Origin: Octopus sinensis | Taxonomy: Eukaryota | NCBI RefSeq assembly: GCF_006345805.1 | Contig: NC_043011.1 | Span: 59,346,464 to 59,410,463, forward strand | Length of the DNA stretch: 64,000 nt | Direction: 5' to 3' | Shown: positions 53,810 to 64,000 of the stretch, one piece after another | Layout: each line of letters begins with the position of its first letter | Numbering within the stretch: the first letter of the stretch is position 1 | Notes under the pieces: model-generated | Database searches by the model: none | Told to the model about the DNA's origin: nothing | The model's input: only the letters and a program-made list of their open reading frames with translations | Position numbers and translations under genes: made by a program

Positions 53810-53815
<6 letters not shown>
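53644..53815. repeat. Perfect 26-bp inverted repeat inside a module flanked by (TA)n tracts
   Basis: aatattttataattacgagtataatt at 53644-53669 and aattatactcgtaattataaaatatt at 53790-53815. Confidence 0.92.
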
Positions 53816-53876
<61 letters not shown>

Positions 53877-56639
53877 TAGCGAAAATCTCTAAAGTTTTAT
53901 CCAATGTGATACGGCGTAGCACAGAACACAAAACAGTCCAATTGCCAAATGCAAAATGAGTTCGCTAACCACGCTGCCGATCCTGCATCTCTATAGGCAA
54001 TTAATTAGATTAATGTTGTCCGTTTGTTTCAGTATCTTAGACTCTATACTAAAAGGAGAAATGTGTATATTAAGAAATCCACTGCAATTAAAATGACCGC
54101 CAGACTTAATGTTATTAATCTTATGGGCCATTTAGAGTCTCATATTAGTGTTTTACTCTCTGCTATCAATCGTTATTGGGAGGCCCCAGGCTGGCAGAAT
54201 AGTCAATTCATCCGACAAAATGCTTAGCGATATTTCATCCAGTTTATTATGTTCTGATTTCACTTTTGAAATAATTACCAGTTGAGTACTTGGCATAGAA
54301 AGAAATGACTTCCCTTTTCCCTAAAAATTGCGGGCCATGTGCCAAAAATTAGAAAGGATATTTATTTACATCGACAATATTAATAATAATTAATTCGCTT
54401 GGATTATTGTGCTTTAGATGTTTTGTTGTGGGTAGAAATATTTTAAATTGACTGTGGAATAATTATCTTTCGATATTATTTTGTTCTTCATCTATATAAC
54501 TATATTTCCTGGAGTTGGCGATATGAATCTTCCTTTAGTCTGATATACGATACAGTCTGTTAGTATGAAGCTAATGTTGACATCGCTGTTGTTTGTGTTT
54601 TTCACGGATGTTCGTGTTTATAATTCAACCGAGTGAATCTCTTTAGGCAAACAATCAGGAATTGCAAATGTTCATGTTAAACTAAAATCACAAATATCTT
54701 AAAGGAAATACATTATTGTAAGTATTAAGGTTTTCTTCTTCTCATTGAAATATTCAAAGTAACAGGCCTTATCAGCGGTAGAGTCCTTACTATGGACCAA
54801 AATTTAAACATACACCGTCCCTTATAAGATTGTTTACCAGTATAGATAACATTCGTATAGAAACGCTGTCTCTTTTATTTCTTTATTAGAAACGCTGTCT
54901 CTTTGAATTATTCATGTTATTCCATTTAACAGACTATTCCTTCACTTTCTCTTTTCAATTTCAGTATATTAAAACAACGCTTTCTCAACTTTTTACTGAC
55001 GATGTCAAGTGTTATTCTCCCTCGAGTGTTTATCACAAAATTTTCGTTCACCTGCGACTAAATTACCTTTTGTACTGTTTGTTGTTTTTTTTCTTTTTTC
55101 TTTTTGTTTTCTTCTTTTTGATGGTGGTGGAATGACAAGTTTCGTCTTATAGTCATTTGTGTATACTTTTATATATAATTAATTTTGTTGCACGAAAGAA
55201 GAAAACCATGAATTAATTAATTTCTTTGATGTTTATTTTATTGAACTTTTTGAACATCCTAAAAATATGTAAAAGAGATGAAAAGAGAGTGACAAAAAGC
55301 CTAAGAGCTGAAACAGTATCAGAAGTTTTCTAGTTTACGGAAATTTTAGTTAGTAAACAACATTTTTAGAATCAGATTCGAAGAAAAAAAAGCATTTTTT
55401 ATTGTGCATTTACCATAAATAACCCATAAATAAATGACAAACTGTATAGTTTTAACTATCATATTTCTATGTTTTTTATTGTTATCATTGACACGAAGGC
55501 GTCGAGATGACAGAATTATTACCGCACCGAGCACAATATAAAGCGGCACTTCGTCCGGTTTTACGTTTTGTATTCATACTCCACCGAGGTCGACTTTGTA
55601 CCATTTGACGCCAATACAAATAAGTGAGATGGATGCAGTCGACTCACCCAACCCCACACACGAAATTGCTTGCCCTATCCCAGAATTTCAAGCCATTATT
55701 ATCAATGACTAGGATATTTTTGTACTCTTCTTTTAAGCTTTTGAAAGTGAGGTTCACTTTAGCTTCGTCACATCGATCTACATTATTGAAGCAAAGCATG
55801 TAAATAGAATTTCATGAGCTGCGGCGAGGGTCACTTCTTTTTCGCGCAGAAGTAAAGTTGTTATCATCGTTGTCGTAGTTGAGGGCTCTTTATGTTTTAA
55901 TTATTATTATGTATTCAGTAAAAGGAAGAACTGACACACCACTCAACTGTCTCAAAAAATGATTTATGAGTGAAGTTGTAACGAAGTGCCATCGACTCTA
56001 CTCTTCATATCTGATGTCGCTAATGATGAGACAATTAATCATCTACATGTGATTCTTTCCAGCACCTTCAAATGCTTTCGAAGAAAATTATTTCAAACTG
56101 TTTTAATAACAACTGTAAGGGAGAAAGAAATTATGTTCCCTTGTGGGTTTTGTTTCCCTTTTTTTATTTCATGTTGTTTTTTTCTTACCCACACATACTG
56201 CTGACCTTTTTCTACATGTTGGAAATGGGTAAATTAACTTTATAAACATCCCTATACCAAACGCTTTCTATATCGCACTTGGTTTTTGATGATCTTTCGT
56301 TTCAAATAACTTATTTCTCCCAAAGACATCAAAGATATCGGTTTTTCTACTCTGAAGTGACAACCTCAATCGTCTTAAATATTCAAATATAAAAGCCAGC
56401 TAACACAAAAACCGTCGATCAAATACATTATTTCCGCATCACCTTACTCAGTAAAAATTTTCAGAATGCAGTTTTCAGGGTAATAATCTTTAAACGACAT
56501 TTTCACATGATAAGCATTTTATCTCGGAATACTCAAGGCAAACCATTTGATCTTCAGGCTTATCATTTATTTGTTTTGAAAGGTGTCAAATTTTGTCTTT
56601 TGTGGAGGTGACTAGCGCCGATCATTTTTATGTCATGCA

Positions 56640-57060
56640 ACAATTATTCATAATTATTCTGCTGGGCATTTCAACGATTGATCTGTTTTTGACAATGAAT
56701 GATTCCTAGCGTAAACAACAATATAAACTATTGGTGCAACTCTGATATTTTTCGTTCATGCTAGAAATGGCGTCTTTTCCTTCATCAATGTTGCATCATT
56801 AACTCCTATGGCAGCTACATATTGGCTCCCTGTTTCCATGTATTCGCTGAGCGAACTGAAGATGAATTCTTCTGTTGGTTATTCTCCGACAGAACCCAAA
56901 AAAATAATTTTCGACAATTTTTACAGGAATTTCATCCGAAAAAACCACAAAGCATCATGAATTGTGCATTGTTACATTCTTCGTGGTTGCATCAAACCAA
57001 AACGAAGAATAGTGCTTCCAACAATTCTGCTTTCAGCGGATGGTTCCAGCATCAACAATC
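56640..57060 (-). pseudogene. Decayed hAT (ZMYM1/PRKRIR-like) transposase catalytic-region fragment
   Basis: Minus frames give KHYSSFWFDATTKNVTMHNS*CFVVFSDEIPVKIVENYFFGF, then GVNDATLMKEK and YARNHSLSK, collinear with YYSI..D.T.D.S..EQ....RFV...I.E.FLGF, GQ.YD.A..M.GK and C..HSLNL. Confidence 0.5.
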
Positions 57061-59531
57061 GAAATAGATGAAAGGTATGTTATACCTTGGAAAGAAATAT
57101 GCCTTGGTTTATCCAAGAATGCTCCCATTATGTAGATATTCAAATAAGGACTGACAAACCTTTCCAGTCTCTGGATATTCAGAGACACAAGAAAGATTTT
57201 ACTCGCAGTGTCCTTTTTTTATTCATTTTATTTTTATTTTTTCCATCGGTGGTAAACAATTTTAATACTTACAAAATTACTAGCAAATGTTCTTAAAAAA
57301 GTATGTGGACGAATTTTAATTATTGCTGGCTTTTGCTTGTTTCTAATGTTTGTTTTTCTTTGCTTGTTTTTTTCTTATATATGTTCATAATTCTGATGGA
57401 ATGGCGTTGTTATTGCTATATTGTAAACTGCAGAACATGAAAAGAATTCAGGAAGTACAACTCGGTTACTCATCCTGCCGAAGGAAAACAATCTATACAT
57501 GATATACGCCTCGTTTCATTTTCTTTCTTACATTTTTTAAGAAAAAGGTACTTCGGTTACTCTATTTCTTATTTGTTCTTTGCGTGTATGACTAAGAAAG
57601 CAATCATCTGAGGCATAAATCACAAAACTTTTAAGATTGCTGTCTCCATATTTATGGCCATCCTTCATCAGGTACTTGTCTTCTGAATATAACTCCTCTT
57701 TTCTCTTGTGGTTCTACTGTGCTGATAAACAAAGCTTTAAAATATGTAAGAACAGCACAACACATGCAATAATGCAAAACAATAGATACGGTTTTTAAAT
57801 GCATCACACAACATGAAATCTATTACAGATGCTTACGAAGATTAAGACGGGTTGCTCCGCTAATCAGTTCATTTGGCATTATATACCAAGCATTTTAGTC
57901 TTTGATATATGGACAACTTTTTGCTCTAACTGATAAACTGAATATACTTACCTTAATCCTGGCTCTATCTGCAACATCGGTGCTGTAACCAGAGTTACAA
58001 AGTTAAACCTATAAATTACAGGAATCGCCAAAATAGAAAAAGAAGAATGTTACAAGAAAATGGTGCATTCGGACGGTAGATTGTCAAAAGCCGAGGCTTA
58101 TATTCCCTTAATATAGTTCCAAACCATGCTGTTTGATCAAAATAAGTGCCAGTAGATAAAAGTACACTAATTCTATCTCTAGTAGAAATTTAGCTCAATA
58201 GAGAGTAAAGTTTCAATTCCATAGTGACTTACGGCAATCTTTTAATGTTGCCATTTAGAATTTGATGCCGGTAGCTTTTCTGGTGTCACCCAATAAGTTA
58301 TGTTACACTTAATTTGCGAAATATCCAGCTACTTTGAAATGAGAAAACCATAGGTAGACTGGGAAAACATAGAAAGCACAAAGTATCGAATTTTAAACGG
58401 CAATACCATTAAAAGCAATAACAGCTCACTAAACATTTTAATCGTAATGCGTTCTCTAAAGCATAGACTTTGTGTGTGTGTGTGTATATGTGTGTGTGTT
58501 ATTAACCTTTCCTATTCATTTATTCATCATTCACCAGAACTGCATATATTCTCCGCGGGCATAAATTCAAGGGTTCAACTTTCAGTGAACAATTCGCCAG
58601 TTTAAGAATATAGGGCGGGGTTTGAGGAAGGTTTTACACCTATTTCGAAACAGGTCGACTGTTTCATTAGAAGTTTACCACTGTGGTTTTGAGGAAGAGG
58701 ATTGCTATAATCGTTCGTGCAGAATTACTTCTTCCTCCTACACTTCACGTTTTCGTGCAGCATTTCTTCCTAGACTTCACACTTTCAATTCAAATCCCTT
58801 GAGGGTTGCCTCTGCGTTTCATTTCTCCGGGGTCGATGGATTAAACTACCAGAAAAATACGACGGTCGATGGCATTGACTAACACCCTCATCCTTCAGGC
58901 CTTGTGCCTATATCTGAAAACCTTCATCGTTGGTCTCTTTTTTTCTTTTTGCTGTTTTTCTTGTTGTTTAGCACCAGGACAATCCTCATTGTGCAGATCC
59001 CAACTATGAGAAAACTCATTCTCCAATTTTAAAGACTCACTCTCTTCCGTTTATTTTCTAAAACATGGTCCACCTAAGACAACATTTCTGCAATGTGGCT
59101 TTTGTTCAGAGACTATAACATTTGCAGTAGGGAATGTTTTGAGTATTATATTCAGCCAGTTAAGCAAACAAATACTAGTTTCATGTGTCCCATTTGGATC
59201 ATAAAAGTATCACTGAAGATCAGGCAAAAATTCACATGGTGAGTTTCCGTATTGTTGCTGTCGATACTACTTCGGATAACTTCGAGTAATTTCGGGTAAC
59301 TTCTGATAACTTGGAAGATCGAACCGAGGATTTTAGAGAAAATCTTTACTCAAGGCGCTCAGCCATGTTACTGCGATCCAAACAAACCAATCGCCTTACA
59401 TTCGCTTGCTGTTCTATTTTAACACATGTACAGATCTATAAGAACAGAATTATGCTGAAAAACAAACATTGTCAGGCTTGGCCATTTCGACCGTTTGCCT
59501 ATCGGACATAATATTATAGTAGACAGAGAGA

Positions 59532-59720
59532 AGGCGAGCTGGCAGAATGGTTAGCCCGCCGGGCACAATAATTAGGGGCATTTTGTCTGTTTTGGGTTCT
59601 GAATTCAAATTCTGCATTGGTCGACTTTGCCTTTCGACCTTCGAGATCGATAAAATAATTATCAGCTGAACGGAGGGGGCGGAGCGCGCGCTAATTAGTT
59701 AGACCCCGACCCCAACATTT
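59532..59720 (+). mobile_element. Decayed SINE family 3
   Basis: aggcgagctggcagaatggttagc...ggtcgactttgcctttcgaccttcgagatcgataaa. Confidence 0.75.
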
Positions 59721-60249
59721 CATACCTTTACTGTAGAGTAATAGTCGGAATTTTAAGGTGATTTAGCTACTATTTCTAGCAAGTTGAACCATGAAGCAGA
59801 ATATTCCACCTTGGTTCTTATTGTTCTCGCAATGGCATCTGATTTTTAATTTTTTTTTAGGAATAATGGGATGAAGAAACATCCACGTTACGTAGAGCTA
59901 AATGCATCATATTCTATAGTTTCAAAGAAATCCTAAAAGTGCGAAATGTATAACGGATAAATCTAAGAAAATAATAGGTTATTCACAATTCCTGTGGTAA
60001 TTTGTATACTTTCCAAACATATTATTTCCCTCTTATTTTCGATTTCTTTTTTCGTAATATTCTATACACAATACAGTGTTGTTTGCATGGAACTTCAGCA
60101 AAAGGTATTTAGTTTTTTATCAGAATAACGCTACAAACTATTATCCATAGAATAACGGAATAAAATGAAAGGTTCCCAGTTCCAATATACGATGGATGCC
60201 TATAATATAGGATACAGAATTCACAAACTCTTACTGCACTTTTGTGTGC

Positions 60250-60295
<46 letters not shown>

Positions 60296-60479
60296 GCCGC
60301 AGAGAGTTGTCGCTATTTATGATTTGTGAATCGGTGCATGCTTCATAAAAGCCGGCGAATCTCCGTTTATGCTAGGTAAAAGTTCAGTTACGCGACCAAA
60401 AGTCGGGGCCTTAGCCATCGGCATTAATCGCTAACAATACATATGTGTTTCCTTCGACGCACATTGCATATTTTAGATT

Positions 60480-60631
60480 ATATAGTAGTAGTAGTAGTAG
60501 CAGCAGCAGCAATGGTAATAATAATAATAATAATAATATTGATAATAATAATAATAATAGTCATAATAATAATAATATTCATAATAATAATAATAATATT
60601 AAAATTGATAATAATAATAATAATAATATTG

Positions 60632-60680
<49 letters not shown>

Positions 60681-60718
60681 TGATGATGATGATGATATAA
60701 TAGTAATAATAATAATAA
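60480..60718. repeat. (TAG)(AAT)(GAT) compound array
   Basis: Seen directly. Confidence 0.95.
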
Positions 60719-61294
60719 CCAATTTCCTTATCGCGAACGAATGCCCAAAACTTGTCCAAAACCACTACAAGCTGTGGTGACACGATTAGGTAAAGAAAAT
60801 GCTACATTAGAAACTGTGCGAAAAGTGAGGGCTAGAGAGAGGCAAGACGTGGCCTCAGCACAAACCACAGAGACTGGCGCAATCGAAGACTAGCAAAAGC
60901 CTCTGGGATTTCCCAATCCAAACAGATCAGGTGTTAAAGCATAACAGACCGGACCTACTGGTGATGGACACATTACACCGCATATGCCGTATAGTTGATG
61001 CTGCATGCACCTTTGACCCACGAATAGTCAAGAAGGAAGGCGAAAAGACTGATAAATACAACCCTCAGAGATAAGAAATAGCCCGACTATGGAAAATGAA
61101 GAAGGTGAAGATAGTGTCAATTGTTGTTGTGTCTTTGGGGAAAGTATCAGGAGGCATCAAGAGGAATATAAAGGAAATTGGAATAGAGTGCCCAGTAGAA
61201 CTGTTACAAAAAGTTTGCTTCCTTAGCATGGCGAGAATAATCAGGAAAGTATTAGATAGCTGAAAAGAACGGGTAGCATGGTACCGTAGGCTGC
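60719..61294 (+). mobile_element. 5'-truncated, decayed R4/Dong element (CCHC tail + REL nuclease)
   Basis: NECPKLVQNHYK, LWDFPIQTDQVLKHNRPDLLV, EIARLWKMKKVKIVSIVVVSLG and LLQKVCFLSMARIIRKVLDS*. Confidence 0.88.
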
Positions 61295-61531
61295 AAACCT
61301 TATTCAAAGACTTTTTGAGCGGGATAGGCTACTCACCTGAAGAAAATTCTAACTGGGCCCAACCTGCAAGGTCATGCGCTGTTTATCTTGATATGAGATC
61401 ACTATGTCTTGCAAATATGGCTGCGATGCATGTGCCTGGTGTACCCTTATCAAACGGGTAGTCATGATGGGTGTATTGGGCTTCGTTTATTTGTATCCCA
61501 GTGTCACTTTGACGGCTTGCGCCCCTCTCTC
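61295..61531 (+). mobile_element. 5'-truncated copy (about 240 bp) of the AAT-associated element, fused to the R4 3' UTR and ending in (AAT)n
   Basis: Homologous to the reverse complement of about 25643-25885. Confidence 0.88.
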
Positions 61532-61571
<40 letters not shown>

Positions 61572-61792
61572 TTGTTCTTTCCTCTTTTATCTTTTATTTG
61601 TTTCAGTCAATTGACTATGGTCATGCTGGGGCACGACCTTGAAATTTTAGTCGAATGTATCGACCCCAATAATTACGTTCTAAAGCCTGGTACTTACTCT
61701 ATCGGTCTCTTGCGCTAAACTACGGGGACAAACACAGACACAAAGAAACACACACGCAACATATATATATACATACGACAGGCTCTTTTGGT

Positions 61793-62480
61793 CATCATGG
61801 CACGCCTCTCTGCTTTGATGGCGTCCCAAAATTTTTGCCGCAGGGAAGCATAATATGCCACGTTAATTGTATTATTTTTTGCGAGAAAACCAATTGTCAC
61901 TACTCCACACTAGTTCCAAAAGACTGTAAGCATCACCTTGTCTACTGAGGGTTGGACACGATTCTTCTTGAGAAGTGGTTAGTTATCATGCTTCCATTGG
62001 TCTGAGTGGACTTTAGTCTCAGGATCATATTGATGGACACATGTTTCATCCTGTTGAAAAAGTATATATATACACATCGCGAAAAAGCCTGGGAGCAATG
62101 AACTCGTACCTGCTTCTGAAAAGATTTTAACATCCCGGGAATCCACCATGCAGACAACTTCTACACGTGCAAGTGTTTGTGAATAAGTTATTTTCCACGG
62201 GCTCTGCACTTATCTTCATTTCTTGGACAAGTTGCCGAATAGTTACTCGGTTATTCTCCAAAATGGTGGCTTCCAAATTATGAATGGTGTTGTCATCAAT
62301 GGCGGAACGTGGTCGTCCAGGAATAGGAGCAGTTACCACCGAATTCTGACCACACTTGAACTGACGATGCCAGTGCTTGACTATGTCGTATGATGGTGCA
62401 TCGTCACCATAAACTTCTTTCATCTCGTTTGGTTTACGACATTTCGAGTAAAACAACATGAGTACTGATCTGCATTCATT
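61793..62480 (-). mobile_element. Decayed mariner transposase (HTH, WVP-like and first catalytic Asp regions)
   Basis: MKEVYGDDAPSYDIVKHWHRQFKCG...APIPGRP, NNRVTIRQL, AWWIPGML, DETCVHQYDPETKVHSDQW and KVMLTVFWN*CGVVTIGFLAKNNTINVAYY. Contains frameshifts. Confidence 0.9.
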
Positions 62481-62871
62481 ATAACACCTTAGTCGACTTC
62501 TGCAGCCGCAAAAGAGAAACGAATTCTAGTGGAAACCTACAATTTACAAAGTGACATGTAGGCACATTTTTGATTATACCTGTACAAGTTCCGTTTCCTG
62601 CAGTAACTGGAAGTGGGTCAGGGGAAATATTTGGTAAACAGCCCTCCTGTATCTACAAAACATACACAAACACACAACTGGCCCTCCCCAAGGCTTGCTT
62701 TCAACAGCTTGGTTGGATATCACTGAGAGCTGACTGGGTGTATTTTTCTTACAGCAAAAATTTTTATCCTTCATAAAATACAGTGAACAGTTTTCTTAGC
62801 CGTCGGACATCTCAAAGCATATATGAATTGCTAACACTTTTGTATGTATACACATCAGTGCTTAATGCAGT

Positions 62872-62927
<56 letters not shown>

Positions 62928-63488
62928 TATAAACACATATGTGGATATATTTATGTATGTATACACACATATTCGTGTGTATGCTTATATCTATGATCAA
63001 AACAAATAATAAGCCAAACTTTCTCTTTGCAGTCGTAGAAAGTTAACAAGAACTTGGAAGCAATTTTTAACGACTCTAAAAGAGGAAAGGAAAAAAGAAT
63101 TCGAGAAATTAAGCATTTATCTCAGAAATTCAATTTACACACTTAGGAGACAGGTTACTCTTTATAGCGAAACACATATAAAGACGTATATCGGTCGATT
63201 AAATTTATCCACCATACTGAGTCGACGAAGATTGTTCTTTTTTTAATTATCTTACTCATTTAGTATATCATGCTTTCGCATATTCGTTGAAAAACCTGCT
63301 AATATTACGTTTATTACCCTTCGTTGATTTTATTACTTTTCAATTATGTAAATTACGTTGGCCAAAACTCGTTTGAAGCCTTGCGGTTTCTAGTTGGGAT
63401 CCCATCTGTAACGCCATCTGTAACGCCCGGCCTACCGATGTAATGGGAATCGATTTCGTTGACGAAACTGCGTGGAAGCCACCATACA

Positions 63489-63520
<32 letters not shown>

Positions 63521-63523
<3 letters not shown>

Positions 63524-63900
63524 CGCAGGAGTGGCTGTGTGGTAAGTAGCTTGCTTACCAACCACATGGTTTCGGGTTCAATCCCACTGCGTGGCACTTT
63601 GGGTAAGTGTCTTTGGGCAAGTGTCTTCGACTATAGCCTCGGGCCGACCAAACCTTGTGAGTGAATTTGGTAGACGGAAACTGAAAGAAGCCCGTCGTAT
63701 ATATGTTTATGTATGTATATATATGTGTGTGTTTGTGTGTGTGTGTATATGTGGGGTCCTTGTGCCCCCTGATTTCATCGCTTGGCAAACGTGAACGATA
63801 TAATGAGCACCGAATTTAAACTAAATACTGGGATCACTTATGTCCCTTTAAGGTTGATTTCCAGCATGGCCACAATCCAATGACCGAAGCAGGAAAATAT
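63521..63900 (+). mobile_element. SINE family 2 (well-preserved 5' half, diverged 3' half)
   Basis: aggcgcaggagtggctgtgtggtaagtagc...gaagcccgtcgtatata. Confidence 0.85.
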
Positions 63901-64000
63901 AAAATATATATCTAGTAGACAAAATCATGTCCTCACTTGTTACCCCGTTGCCATTAAGCCACAGTTATGCTTTCTTTGCGTTTCGAAGATTTTATTTCAA

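Noticed and set aside
57640-57675. Minus-strand CCTGATGAAGG as another hammerhead
   Set aside because: No GAAA box or paired stem II follows.
59271-59310. loxP-like ATAACTTCG or a CRISPR-like array
   Set aside because: Only 9 bases of one loxP arm match, there is no inverted arm, and there are no spacers. It is a short tandem repeat.

Overview
Eukaryotic, AT-rich, repeat-saturated genomic DNA. The SINE families and extreme microsatellite density look like an octopus (Octopodidae) genome; this is recognition from memory, not a database hit. There is no long intact ORF, CRISPR array, rRNA or real tRNA, and most ORF-track entries are translations of microsatellites. The window holds (i) at least four tRNA-derived SINE families, one very young with clean target-site duplications (TSDs) and one forming a dimer; (ii) several decayed R4/Dong-type non-LTR elements and their 3'-UTR derivatives, concentrated in (AAT)n arrays; (iii) RTE and HERO-like LINE ends, plus mariner, Tc1-MITE and hAT remnants; (iv) four sequence-unrelated minimal hammerhead-ribozyme motifs of the Penelope/retrozyme type, with fold-back inverted repeats beside microsatellites; (v) several local duplications; and (vi) a few low-confidence candidate exons of no recognised gene. 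The most interesting signals are the hammerhead-bearing modules and the AAT-targeting R4 group.
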